Positions 36,276 through 46,793 of a DNA stretch of 46,793 bases are shown here, one piece after another (within the stretch, counting starts at the first letter, position 1; the number at the start of each line of letters is the position of its first letter). The DNA comes from a bacterium (GTDB lineage: Bacteria > Patescibacteriota > Minisyncoccia > Phycocordibacterales > SBAW01). Made by a program: the position numbers and the translations under genes. The stretch is taken from positions 1 through 46,793 of the forward strand of contig JAKBZO010000003.1 of the NCBI GenBank assembly GCA_021839985.1. Direction: 5' to 3'. The notes under the pieces were generated by a model. It had not been told where the DNA came from and did not search any database. It was given only the letters and a program-made list of their open reading frames with translations.

Positions 36276-36653
36276 TTATTTTTCTGGAATACCTTGCGGC
36301 GTTTCATTGCTGGTATATCCAGAATCGCTCGACCAATGAAGGAACAGTCGTTTAGCAAACCCTCCCTTTCTCTCCTTATTCTGAGCGCGCGCCGCACGAA
36401 TGTCTTCTTGAGAAATTCCCTCATGCTCCACAAGCGTATCGAGTACTTCAAGGAGATCCGCCATTTCATCAAGCAATGCCTCCTTACTGCGCACCCGAGA
36501 AAGACCGATCGCTTCTTCAGCTACTTTCTTGAGAAGCTCCTGACCGAATTCAGCGTCATCTTCGATGCGGCGCGTGTCATACTCTCCGCCACCCTTCCGG
36601 ATCTTGTCCGGAATGGCGTCACCGATGAGTTTGTTGTAATAGACGCGTTTCAA
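36276..36653 (-). CDS. MazG-like / phosphoribosyl-ATP-pyrophosphohydrolase-like NTP pyrophosphatase
   Basis: YNKLIGDAIP, KVAEEA, DEMADLLEVL, KERKGGF; TTG start 2 nt after the lemA stop. Confidence 0.75.
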   Translation of the reverse strand: MKRVYYNKLIGDAIPDKIRKGGGEYDTRRIEDDAEFGQELLKKVAEEAIGLSRVRSKEALLDEMADLLEVLDTLVEHEGISQEDIRAARAQNKERKGGFAKRLFLHWSSDSGYTSNETPQGIPEK

Positions 36654-36655
36654 GG

Positions 36656-37216
36656 TTAGAAGCTTACTTTCACTGGCTCTCTTTCCGCACTGTCGCCCTC
36701 TCCAAGTTCAAAGAATTCCATCTTTGAGAAATTGAACGTACCGGCGATCATATTGTTCGGGAAGACCGCGAGTGAGGTATTGAGGTCGCGCACGTTGGTG
36801 TTGTAGAAACGGCGCGCCGCCTGGATCTTGTTCTCAGTGTCGGAAAGCTCGCCCTGAAGCGCAAGGAAGTTCTGATTGGCTTTGAGCTCCGGATACGCTT
36901 CAGCGACCGCAAAGAGCGACTTGAGTGTTGAAGAGAGTGCGTTCTCTGCCTGACCTTTGTCGGCGAGAGACGTTGCGCCCATTGCCGCTGCGCGCGCCTG
37001 CGTCACATTTTCGAATGCCGTCTTCTCGTGCGTCGCGTATCCCTTCACGGTCTCGACGAGATTCGGGATGAGATCGTAGCGGCGCTTGAGCTGAACATCG
37101 ATATCCGCCCATGCCTCCTTCGCACGCTGTGTCATGCGCACCAAATGATTGAACGCACCGATCGCCCAAAGAATAATCACTACCAGAACACCAAGAACGA
37201 TATAGAAGGTCGTCAT
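36656..37216 (-). CDS. lemA: LemA family protein
   Basis: AWADIDVQLKRRYDLIPNLV, AEAYPELKA, TENKIQAARRFYN; start 37216. Confidence 0.94.
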   Translation of the reverse strand: MTTFYIVLGVLVVIILWAIGAFNHLVRMTQRAKEAWADIDVQLKRRYDLIPNLVETVKGYATHEKTAFENVTQARAAAMGATSLADKGQAENALSSTLKSLFAVAEAYPELKANQNFLALQGELSDTENKIQAARRFYNTNVRDLNTSLAVFPNNMIAGTFNFSKMEFFELGEGDSAEREPVKVSF

Positions 37217-37316
37217 ATGGCGCTCATTATATAACACACCACGAATTTATAAAAAGAACCCCACGGTCCGTACAGTGGATACGGAACGTGGGGTTTGCGA
37301 CATGACGTCGCGAAGA

Positions 37317-37916
37317 CTAGGCCTTCGGAGAGAGCGGCTTGAGAGCGATGGTGCCGAGAAGCGGCGCGGGCGTGAGGATGTAGTACCCTTCGCCTGCCGC
37401 AAGCTTCTTCGGACGGTGATTGCCGTCGCTGATGGCGAGCCGATGATCCGGCGTCGCATTCGCGGTCTTGAGGGGATGGAGATCGACGAAGAGGAACGCG
37501 GCCATGCTACCATCCGCCCGCTTGATCGTCTTCTCCCACACGCGGACGCGCGCGACCACCGTCTTGCCGGCATAGCGACTCGCCGTAGCGCCGCGAAGGT
37601 AGATGTTCACCAGACCTCCCTTCACCGGCCTGCAGAACTGCAGGAAGTGCACGTCTTCACCGGTCTTCTCGTCCTTCGCCTGACCCGACTTGGCGCCGTG
37701 CGGGATCTTGATCTCGGCGATCGGGCCCTCAAGACGGAGCGCGCGGCTGATCGGCGGTTCGTCAGGTTTCGACACCTTCGGCTCCGCAGTCTTCGCCGGC
37801 GTCGTATCGACCAACGTAAGCTTGGTCGGCGCTATCGGCTTCTTGTGGAGCTGCTTTCCCTTAACGACCGGCCCTTGAGCGAGCGCGGTCTCCAAGGCTT
37901 GAGCAAATGCATTCAT
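37317..37916 (-). CDS. Orphan hypothetical protein (199 aa)
   Basis: SD GGAAGG before ATG 37916; promoter TTGACT-17-TAACGT (38029-38001); downstream hairpin at about 37255-37297. Confidence 0.7.
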   Translation of the reverse strand: MNAFAQALETALAQGPVVKGKQLHKKPIAPTKLTLVDTTPAKTAEPKVSKPDEPPISRALRLEGPIAEIKIPHGAKSGQAKDEKTGEDVHFLQFCRPVKGGLVNIYLRGATASRYAGKTVVARVRVWEKTIKRADGSMAAFLFVDLHPLKTANATPDHRLAISDGNHRPKKLAAGEGYYILTPAPLLGTIALKPLSPKA

Positions 37917-38027
37917 GGCTTTTTCCTTCCATAGATCAGTGCTTCGAGGAAAACACATCGCCCAACAGACCACGATACTGTGTGGTACTGTCTGCGCAAG
38001 ACGTTACCATGTTTTTAATTGAAAGTC

Positions 38028-38067
38028 AACAGGCGCGGATCCGTGAGCTCACGGATCCGCGCCTGTT
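38028..38067. terminator. Perfect 40-bp palindrome downstream of groL
   Basis: AACAGGCGCGGATCCGTGAG|CTCACGGATCCGCGCCTGTT. Confidence 0.7.
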
Positions 38068-38134
38068 ATTTTGCTTGGGTTTTCGGTCTTGGTTTCCCTA
38101 ACACCTACAACCTATTCCCTACAACCTTGGCTTA

Positions 38135-39888
<1,754 letters not shown>

Positions 39889-39898
<10 letters not shown>

Positions 39899-40296
39899 AT
39901 TTTTGCCAGAACATTACTCTCACTGATGATGTAATATTCGACGCCGCCGACCTTCACTTCATCGAAACCATATTTGGAGAACATCACGCGGTCGCCTTCT
40001 GAGACCTCGACCGGACGCACCGAGCCGTCGTCGAGAAGCTTGCCATCGCCAACCGCCACCACAATACCCTGCTCCGGTTTCTCCTTCTGAGCGGTGTCCG
40101 GAATGATGATACCGAAGCTCGTGGTCGTTCCCATCTCCTCAGATGAAAGTGGGCGCACGAGAACGCGATCCGCGAGCGGCTGGACGCCGACGCCGGTCTT
40201 CACCGTAGAGGTTTTTGCGGCAGCTCCTTTTTTGACCGCTTTCTTAGCTGGCTTCTTCGCAACCTTTTTTGTAGTCTTCTTCACTTTCTTCTTCAT
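39889..40296 (-). CDS. groS: Co-chaperonin GroES with Lys/Ala-rich N-terminal extension
   Basis: QPLADRVLV, GIIIPDTAQKEKPEQGIVVAVGDG, GDRVMFSKYG; upstream of groL. Confidence 0.93.
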
Positions 40297-40429
40297 ATAT
40301 AAAAGACGTTAGAACTAATAAAGACGGGTCCAAAAGCCCTTTCATGGAGATACTATAATCGCGCGGCGGGTAGCATGCAAGGGCAGAAGAAAAGCCGACG
40401 CATGGTCGGCTTGTACAGCTCAGTTCGGG

Positions 40430-40759
40430 TCATTCATTGGTGACGAGAACCGACAGGGCGGGCGGGAACACCTCGCGGGTGATCTTCTCCCAGTCGATGC
40501 CGAGATCTTGATCGTGCACAAAGATCACGACCCTCCACGGTTCGCCTTCACTCCCCTGCACCTTGATCGAGATGATCGACCGTCCCCGGTCGAAGATCGG
40601 GTACAGGGTGACACGTCCCTTTGCTCGGTTGAATGAAAAAGCGATGATGCGCCCCGTTCGCACCGTGAGGATCCTCGCAAATCGCGCGATATCGCGGATG
40701 AAGCGTGCGATGTAGTGAGCGGGCGTGATCCCAAACCACAGTTCCACTGCTGTCAGCAT
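40430..40759 (-). CDS. Orphan hypothetical protein (109 aa)
   Basis: SD GGAGG before ATG 40759; promoter TTGCTC-17-TATGGT (40836-40808); hairpin at about 40392-40412. Confidence 0.6.
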   Translation of the reverse strand: MLTAVELWFGITPAHYIARFIRDIARFARILTVRTGRIIAFSFNRAKGRVTLYPIFDRGRSIISIKVQGSEGEPWRVVIFVHDQDLGIDWEKITREVFPPALSVLVTNE

Positions 40760-40877
40760 AAGATGCCTCCGTTTGTTTGTGAACCACGAAATGTAACCTC
40801 TGCGCAGACCATACCACTCACGACCACTCCGAGCAAGTGTTTGCACCTAAAAGCTACCCATGCTACTATGGGACGCA

Positions 40878-41108
40878 ATGACAGGGAGCGGTATATTACC
40901 GTATGTACAGATAGTGTTGTCGATCCTCCTTATCGTGTCGGTGCTCTTGCAACAGACCGGCGCATCTCTTGGAGGCGCTTTTGGCGGTGACAACTTTACG
41001 GCCGGCTATCACACGCGCCGCGGTCTTGAGAACGTCTTGTTCTACACGTCCATCATTCTTGGCATCCTTTTTGGCATCTCTGCATTTCTTGCACTCATAC
41101 TTAAATAG
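40878..41108 (+). CDS. secG: Preprotein translocase subunit SecG
   Basis: Two TM, LLQQTGASLGGAFGG, TRRGLE. Confidence 0.9.
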   Translation: MTGSGILPYVQIVLSILLIVSVLLQQTGASLGGAFGGDNFTAGYHTRRGLENVLFYTSIILGILFGISAFLALILK

Positions 41109-41171
41109 CTTTTAGCTGGCAGGTGTTAGCGGGCAACCCCGACCTCCAAAGCTTGTTGGCTGTTCATCTTC

Positions 41172-42962
41172 ATGCTCTCTAAACTCACCACTCCACTCCG
41201 CACCCTTTTTGTGCGCGCGAAAGAGATCGTCCGCTTATTCAGTGCAAGCGGCCGCGCGCTCTTTTACCTGCTCGCGTTTCTCATCATCGGCAGCTCGCTT
41301 GGTCTTTTGTTCATTCTCAATGAGAGTCTCAAGGTCGACGTGCCGGTGCGCGGCGGCTCATACTCAGAGGGTGTGATCGATACGCCGCGATTCATCAATC
41401 CCGTTCTCGCGATCTCCGATGTCGATCAGGATCTCGTCGCGCTCACCTACGCTGGTCTCCTCAAACAATCGCCGGACAACACGATGGTGCCCGACATGGC
41501 GGAAAGTTATGACGTATCGCAGGACGGCAAGACCTATACCGTGCACATCGACCGCACGGCGCGCTTCCAAGACGGCACGCCCGTTACGGCCGACGACGTG
41601 GTCTTTACCATAAACAAAGCGCTCGATCCGGCGATCAAAAGTCCGCGGCGCGCTGATTGGGAAGGCGTGCAGGTCTCCGAGGTCGATCCCTACACCGTAC
41701 AGTTCACGCTCGCCAAACCGTATGCGCCGTTCGTCGACAATCTTTCGATGGGCATTCTTCCCAAACACCTGTGGCAGAACGTGAGCGCAGAAGAATTTCC
41801 TTTCTCCGAACTCAACACGACGCCAGTCGGCTCCGGCCCGTACCAAGTGACGTCGATCTCTCGCACGTCGTCAGGCATTCCGTCGTCGTACACGCTGACC
41901 GCCTTCGCGAACTACACGCTCGGCGCGCCGTACATCACCACGATCACGCTTCGTTTTTATCAGAATGAAAGTTTGCTGGTCTCCGCACTCATGCACGGCG
42001 ACGTCGAGGCCGGCAGCGCCATCTCCCCCGCATCTCTTACCAACCTGCGCAGTCTCTCGGGCTCGCACGCGGTCTCCATTCCTCTCAATCGCGTGTTCGG
42101 TGTATTCTTCAATCAGAATCAAAGCGCCGTGCTACGCGACAAGACCGTGCGCCAGGCGCTCTCCGCCGCGATCGACCGCAATGCGCTCGTGGCGCAAGTA
42201 CTCGGTAATTACGGAAGCCCGCTCACCGGACCGATCCCACCATCGCTTCTCGGACAGACCGGCATCACACAAGATGGTTCAAATGCCACGGCAGCGTCTG
42301 CGCCCGCTCAACCCGACGCGAGCACGACCGATCCGGTCGCCGCAGCGCGCGCCATGCTTATCAACGCCGGATGGAAACCGGGCCCTGATGGCGTCCTGCA
42401 GAAGAGCGTCAACAACGGCAAGTTCACGCAGACCGTTCGACTCGCTTTCTCACTTGCGACCGGCAATGTCGACGAACTCACCTCAGCCGCACAATTCGTG
42501 AAAGACGCGTGGACCCGCATGGGCGCCGACGTCACCGTCAACGTGTACGATCAGGGCGACCTCTCGGAGAACGTCATCCGTCCGCGCAAATACGATGCGC
42601 TGCTCTTCGGCGAGATCGTCGGACGCGGTCTCGATCTGTACGCGTTCTGGCATTCAAGCGAGCGCAACGACCCAGGACTGAACATCGCCATGTACGCTAA
42701 CCCGACCGTCGACGCGCTTCTTGAAAAGTTGCGCGCGGCAGACGACGACAGTACACGCCAGTCGATCCTCTCAAGCATCGCAACGCAGATCAACAATGAT
42801 CAGCCGGCCGTATTTTTGTACTCTCCCGACTTCGTGTATGTGACGCCCGACACCGTGAAAGGCATGTCGTTCGGCATCATCGAAGATCCGAGTGACCGCT
42901 TTGCAACCGTCGCTTCCTGGTACAACCAGACGGATAGCGTATGGAGAGTGTTTGCACGTTAG
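41172..42962 (+). CDS. Family 5 (peptide/nickel) ABC substrate-binding protein, TM-anchored
   Basis: PRFINPVLA, FQDGTPVTADDVVFT, PVGSGPY, VRQALSAAIDR. Confidence 0.88.
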   Translation: MLSKLTTPLRTLFVRAKEIVRLFSASGRALFYLLAFLIIGSSLGLLFILNESLKVDVPVRGGSYSEGVIDTPRFINPVLAISDVDQDLVALTYAGLLKQSPDNTMVPDMAESYDVSQDGKTYTVHIDRTARFQDGTPVTADDVVFTINKALDPAIKSPRRADWEGVQVSEVDPYTVQFTLAKPYAPFVDNLSMGILPKHLWQNVSAEEFPFSELNTTPVGSGPYQVTSISRTSSGIPSSYTLTAFANYTLGAPYITTITLRFYQNESLLVSALMHGDVEAGSAISPASLTNLRSLSGSHAVSIPLNRVFGVFFNQNQSAVLRDKTVRQALSAAIDRNALVAQVLGNYGSPLTGPIPPSLLGQTGITQDGSNATAASAPAQPDASTTDPVAAARAMLINAGWKPGPDGVLQKSVNNGKFTQTVRLAFSLATGNVDELTSAAQFVKDAWTRMGADVTVNVYDQGDLSENVIRPRKYDALLFGEIVGRGLDLYAFWHSSERNDPGLNIAMYANPTVDALLEKLRAADDDSTRQSILSSIATQINNDQPAVFLYSPDFVYVTPDTVKGMSFGIIEDPSDRFATVASWYNQTDSVWRVFAR

Positions 42963-43018
42963 TTTTAACTCAGTTTTAAGTTCGTTTTAAAAATTACTCA
43001 TTATTAACCATTCATTAT

Positions 43019-45103
43019 ATGGAACATCAGAATAATCATCAGGGCGGCGATCGATCGAGAGGCCGCAGCGGCAGCGCACGAGGAGGCTCTTCAGGAGCGC
43101 GCCCAGCTCACCGTCCGAACGTTCTTGCGTCTGCTTCAGGCGACGGCAAGACCGAACTCTCCGGCGCCGGCGCGCGCATTGCACGGCACACGCCGTCCCC
43201 GCGCCCCGCGCACGCGCCGCGAAGACGACCTCTCGCACGAGGCGGTGGCGCAGGTAGTACAGCGCCCGCACAAGCTCGCCCGCACACGGGCGCGCGTCCG
43301 GCCTCGCGCAGCGTCGCCGGAACCGGATCTCCGCGCCGCGGCAAACAAGCCCGCATGTTCACCATGCCGCCCGCACCGAAATCACTGCGCGAGGTTGAGC
43401 GAAAAACTCCGGGGAAGCCGCTTTCAGAACTCGCCGCAGGCGACGTACGCATCGTGCCGCTCGGCGGTGTTGAAGAGGTCGGCCGCAACATGATCGCCGT
43501 CGAATACAACGGCGACATCATCATCTCCGACTGCGGTTTCCAATTCGAAGACGAAGACACGCCCGGCATCGACTACACGCTTCCCAACACGTCGTACCTC
43601 GAAGTGAATAAACATAAGATCCGCGCGATCTTCATCACGCACGGCCACCTCGACCACATCGGCGGTATCCCCTACATCATGGATCGTATTGGCAATCCGC
43701 CGATCTACACGCAGTACGTCACGTCGCTGATGATCAAGAAACGCCAGGAGGAATTCCCTCATCTGACGCCGCTTGGTCTCAACATCATCGAAGCAGGTCA
43801 GCGCATCAAGATCGGCAACACGTACGTGGGGACTTTTCCGGTCACCCACTCGATCCCCGACTCAATGGGTATCGCGATCGAAACCGTGCATGGCCGCGTC
43901 GTAATTTCAGGCGACTTGCGCCTCGAACATGAAGGCGGCGTTCCGACGGAGAAAGAAAAGAAGAATTGGAGTGAGGTCGGCAAAGAAAAGAATCTTATTC
44001 TCATCAGCGACTCGACCAACGCCGAACAGCAAGACTTCTCCGTGCCGGAGAATCGCGTGTACGAAACGATCGAAGGCATCATCAAGAACACCAAGGGTCG
44101 TCTTATCATCGGCACCTTCGCCAGCCAGTTCGAACGCATGATCCACATCATCATGCTCGCAGAGAAATACGGCAAAAAAGTGGTCGCTGAAGGACGCTCC
44201 GTGAAGACCAACTTGGACATCGCGCAGTACGCGAAGCTTCTCACGCCGAAGCCGGATACCTTCATTCAGGGCCAGGACATCAGCAGCTATCCGCCCGATA
44301 AGATCCTCATCATCGCGACCGGCGCACAGGGCGAAGAGAACGCGGCGCTCATGCGCATCGCAACCAAGCGTCACAAGTTCATCACCTTCAATGAGCGCGA
44401 TACGATCATGCTTTCGTCGTCGGTCATTCCGGGCAATGAAGTTTCCGTGCAGCGCCTCAAGGACAACTTGTATCGCTATAATCCGACGATCATCCATTAC
44501 CGCACCAGCGACGTGCATACCAGCGGTCATGGCAATATCGGCGAACTGATCTGGATCAGAGAGCAGGTGAAGCCGAAATTCTTCATGCCGGCGTACGGCT
44601 ATCACTCGATGCTTCGCTGCCACGCCAACGCGCAGATCGCATCCGGTTTCCCCAAGGAGAATGCCATCGTGCCGGACAACGGCATGGCGATCGACATCCT
44701 GGGCGGCACCAAGCTTCACATTCAGAAAGACGCTGTGCCGTCCGAGCCGGTAGCGGTCGACGGTTTCAGTGTCGGTAATGTGCAAGAAGCGGTCGTGCGC
44801 GATCGCAAGACGCTCGCACAGGAAGGCATGTTCGTGATCATTGCGACCGTCGATCCGAAGACCGGCAAACTGCGCAAGAGTCCCGACATTATTTCGCGCG
44901 GCTTCATCTATCTGCGCGAAAATCAGGAGACGCTTCAGCAGGCGCGCATCATCATCAAAAAGACGATCGAGGACACGACGCGCAATATGCATCCGGTCAA
45001 CTTCGATTATGTGAAGAACAATGTCACTGATGCGGTAGCACGTTTCCTCTTCGAGAAAACCAACAAGCGTCCGCTCGTCATTCCAGTCATCTTGGGGCTG
45101 TAA
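43019..45103 (+). CDS. rnj: Ribonuclease J with long basic disordered N-terminal extension
   Basis: PLGGVEEVGRNM, THGHLDHIGG, HSIPD, DSTN, TGAQGE, HTSGH, SRGF. Confidence 0.95.
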   Translation: MEHQNNHQGGDRSRGRSGSARGGSSGARPAHRPNVLASASGDGKTELSGAGARIARHTPSPRPAHAPRRRPLARGGGAGSTAPAQARPHTGARPASRSVAGTGSPRRGKQARMFTMPPAPKSLREVERKTPGKPLSELAAGDVRIVPLGGVEEVGRNMIAVEYNGDIIISDCGFQFEDEDTPGIDYTLPNTSYLEVNKHKIRAIFITHGHLDHIGGIPYIMDRIGNPPIYTQYVTSLMIKKRQEEFPHLTPLGLNIIEAGQRIKIGNTYVGTFPVTHSIPDSMGIAIETVHGRVVISGDLRLEHEGGVPTEKEKKNWSEVGKEKNLILISDSTNAEQQDFSVPENRVYETIEGIIKNTKGRLIIGTFASQFERMIHIIMLAEKYGKKVVAEGRSVKTNLDIAQYAKLLTPKPDTFIQGQDISSYPPDKILIIATGAQGEENAALMRIATKRHKFITFNERDTIMLSSSVIPGNEVSVQRLKDNLYRYNPTIIHYRTSDVHTSGHGNIGELIWIREQVKPKFFMPAYGYHSMLRCHANAQIASGFPKENAIVPDNGMAIDILGGTKLHIQKDAVPSEPVAVDGFSVGNVQEAVVRDRKTLAQEGMFVIIATVDPKTGKLRKSPDIISRGFIYLRENQETLQQARIIIKKTIEDTTRNMHPVNFDYVKNNVTDAVARFLFEKTNKRPLVIPVILGL

Positions 45104-45120
45104 TAATTCCTCTGGGTGTT

Positions 45121-45168
45121 CAACAACAAATGCGGCTCCGCCTTATGACGGAGCCGCATTTGTTGTTG
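45121..45168. terminator. Intrinsic terminator after rnj
   Basis: CAACAACAAATGCGGCTCCG-loop-CGGAGCCGCATTTGTTGTTG. Confidence 0.8.
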
Positions 45169-45227
45169 ACAGAATCTCACCGCAAGTGCATGATCACAGT
45201 CAGCGGTACATTACAGGAGGAGACCTC

Positions 45228-45503
45228 ATGGCTAAAGTTTTGATCATCATCGAACCAGCTGAAGAATACCGCGAGAAAAGAAGGCGCATATCGCGCGCCG
45301 CGTACATGGAACATCTGCCGCCGATCGGCTATAGCATGGCTCCGTCAGCGTTCATGTACACGCTTCCGGTGATCCGAGCAGCCATGTTGCTGCAAGGCGA
45401 TGGGCCGGAGGAGACAACGATCTTTCTCTCCGCCCCGTCAGGGATAATCGACCGCATCATCGAAGGAGATCGAATCAACCAGTGGATCGTCGAAGACCTG
45501 TAG
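45228..45503 (+). CDS. Orphan hypothetical protein (91 aa)
   Basis: SD AGGAGG before ATG 45228; promoter TTGACA-17-CATGAT (45166-45194); hairpin plus T-tract at about 45531-45566. Confidence 0.65.
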   Translation: MAKVLIIIEPAEEYREKRRRISRAAYMEHLPPIGYSMAPSAFMYTLPVIRAAMLLQGDGPEETTIFLSAPSGIIDRIIEGDRINQWIVEDL

Positions 45504-45567
45504 TCCGCCGACCGCCTCAGTCTGCCGCCAAGAACCGTCCCGCATCACCGGACGGTTTTTTCTTTTC

Positions 45568-46380
45568 TCACACTACCGAGTATGCACCGCGTGCAGCAGT
45601 GATAAGTTTATCCTTTTTAAGACTCGCGAGCTCGCGATCGATGTCTTCTTTCTTGCGCTCAAGCAAGCGCGTAAGTTGCGCTAGTGTTGCCGGTGCCTTG
45701 AGAAGCTCTCGCAAAATAGCGGCGCGAAGCTGGCGCGTCGAGCCTTCGAATTTTGTCTGCTTGGCGTAGTGGGCACTCTTATGATTGAGCCGCACACCGA
45801 TCTTTTTCAGATATGCGCCGTAGTCCATCCATCGCGCATAGAGATCGCGTGGCTCCACGTGTGCGCTAGCGAGAACATCCGCAACGATCGGCATCAATTC
45901 ACGGTCGTTTAGTTTTGTCGCTCCATGCGCGCGATGATGAAATATGACCGTGCGGATGTTGGTCTCGACGAACACTTCCTTGCTGTTGAACGCGAATGTG
46001 GCGACCGCGCGCGCCGTGTAGGGTCCGACGCCGGGCAGTGTCTCGATCGCCGCCGCCTCGCGCGGGAATCTTCCGCCAAAGTCCGCGGTGATCATCTTCG
46101 CTGCCTCATGCAGATATCTGGCGCGACGGTTGTAGCCAAGTCCCTGCCACGCATGCAGCACATCGGCGAGTTTCGCGCGCGCAAGCGCCTGCGAGGTCGG
46201 GAACTTTTTCAAGAACGCGCGGTAGAACAGCACCACGCGATCGACCTGCGTTTGCTGAAGCATTATCTCTGAAACGAGGATCTTGTAGGGATCCTTCGTC
46301 TTTCGCCACGGCAAATGATCCCGGCGGGGATAGATACCGCTCTCCAGCGCTGCGATGATGTTGTGCACCTCTTTGGACAT
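45568..46380 (-). CDS. mutY: MutY-like HhH-GPD adenine glycosylase lacking the Fe-S cluster motif
   Basis: LPWRKT.DPYKILVSEIMLQQTQV, WQGLGYNRRA, LPGVGPYTA; no Cys cluster after MDYGA. Confidence 0.8.
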   Translation of the reverse strand: MSKEVHNIIAALESGIYPRRDHLPWRKTKDPYKILVSEIMLQQTQVDRVVLFYRAFLKKFPTSQALARAKLADVLHAWQGLGYNRRARYLHEAAKMITADFGGRFPREAAAIETLPGVGPYTARAVATFAFNSKEVFVETNIRTVIFHHRAHGATKLNDRELMPIVADVLASAHVEPRDLYARWMDYGAYLKKIGVRLNHKSAHYAKQTKFEGSTRQLRAAILRELLKAPATLAQLTRLLERKKEDIDRELASLKKDKLITAARGAYSVV

Positions 46381-46393
46381 GCACGTATCATAA

Positions 46394-46425
46394 CAAAAAG
46401 CCCCGCACGAAGCGGAGCTTTTTGT
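46394..46425 (-). terminator. Intrinsic terminator after the RRM gene
   Basis: CAAAAAGCCCCGC-loop-GCGGAGCTTTTTG. Confidence 0.7.
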
Positions 46426-46437
46426 GAGAGAGACAGC

Positions 46438-46695
46438 CTATCGCTGCTCCTTCGGACGTGCTTCAGAGACGGAAAGCATGCGGCCGCCGAAATCCTTGCC
46501 ATTCCACATAGCAATTGCATTCTGCATACCTTCTGCTGTCGCCATCTCGACGAAACCGAAACCGCGTGAGCGGCCCGTTTCGCGCTCGATAACGATCGAA
46601 GCGGAAGTCACTTCGCCCGCCTTCGCGAACGAATCGCGGAGCTCATCGTTGGTCGTCGAGTACGGAAGACCGCCGACAAAGAGTTTATTTGGCAT
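46438..46695 (-). CDS. RRM-domain RNA-binding protein
   Basis: RNP2 LFVGGL and RNP1 RGFGFVEM. Confidence 0.95.
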   Translation of the reverse strand: MPNKLFVGGLPYSTTNDELRDSFAKAGEVTSASIVIERETGRSRGFGFVEMATAEGMQNAIAMWNGKDFGGRMLSVSEARPKEQR

Positions 46696-46793
46696 AATAC
46701 GCGAAAACTCTTAACTGTTAACAATTCGCGTAAGCCGACCTTCCCTCTTATTATGCGCAAAGCACACAAACATGGAGATACTTAGCACGAACG

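Noticed and set aside
37275-37934. Plus-strand 219-aa ORF as the real gene
   Set aside because: The opposite-strand ORF 37317-37916 has the promoter, SD and terminator; the plus frame is Arg-rich shadow sequence.
40297-40400. CIRCE operator upstream of groESL
   Set aside because: No TTAGCACTC-N9-GAGTGCTAA match was found by eye.

Overview
Gene-dense, GC-rich bacterial chromosome segment. Gene content and style (short ValRS, Fe-S-free MutY-like protein, Wzy_C/TPR protein, LemA-HtpX, atypical tRNAs, many apparently leaderless genes) suggest a Patescibacteria/CPR (Parcubacteria-like) genome; this is inference, not a database result. The window starts at the left end of an IS200-type element. 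It then has a long minus-strand block: ECF sigma, membrane partner, FMN-binding protein, ApbE, RnfD-like/NAD(P)H-reductase fusion, two efflux adaptors, DHA2 MFS and an FAD-linked oxidoreductase. Housekeeping genes follow (gdhA, Pif1-like helicase, cyclophilin, tsaD, valS, prsW, lepA, murJ, rnpB, htpX/lemA, groESL, secG, rnj, mutY-like), plus seven tRNAs, an alternative oxidase and a diguanylate cyclase. The most unusual signal is non-coding. Four tRNA genes are followed by a 'mirror' copy of their own 3' end that carries a conserved CUGC/GCAG-loop hairpin; in two of them this continues into a shared multi-hairpin core and a second, direct copy of the tRNA 3' end. Two tRNAs are preceded by structured elements that begin with a copy of the tRNA 5' end. 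Other repeats are a 124-bp covarying structured repeat (2 copies), a 186-bp MITE-like element, 9-mer repeat palindromes (one inside RNase P RNA), a GC palindrome inside a CDS, and two candidate sRNA cassettes.
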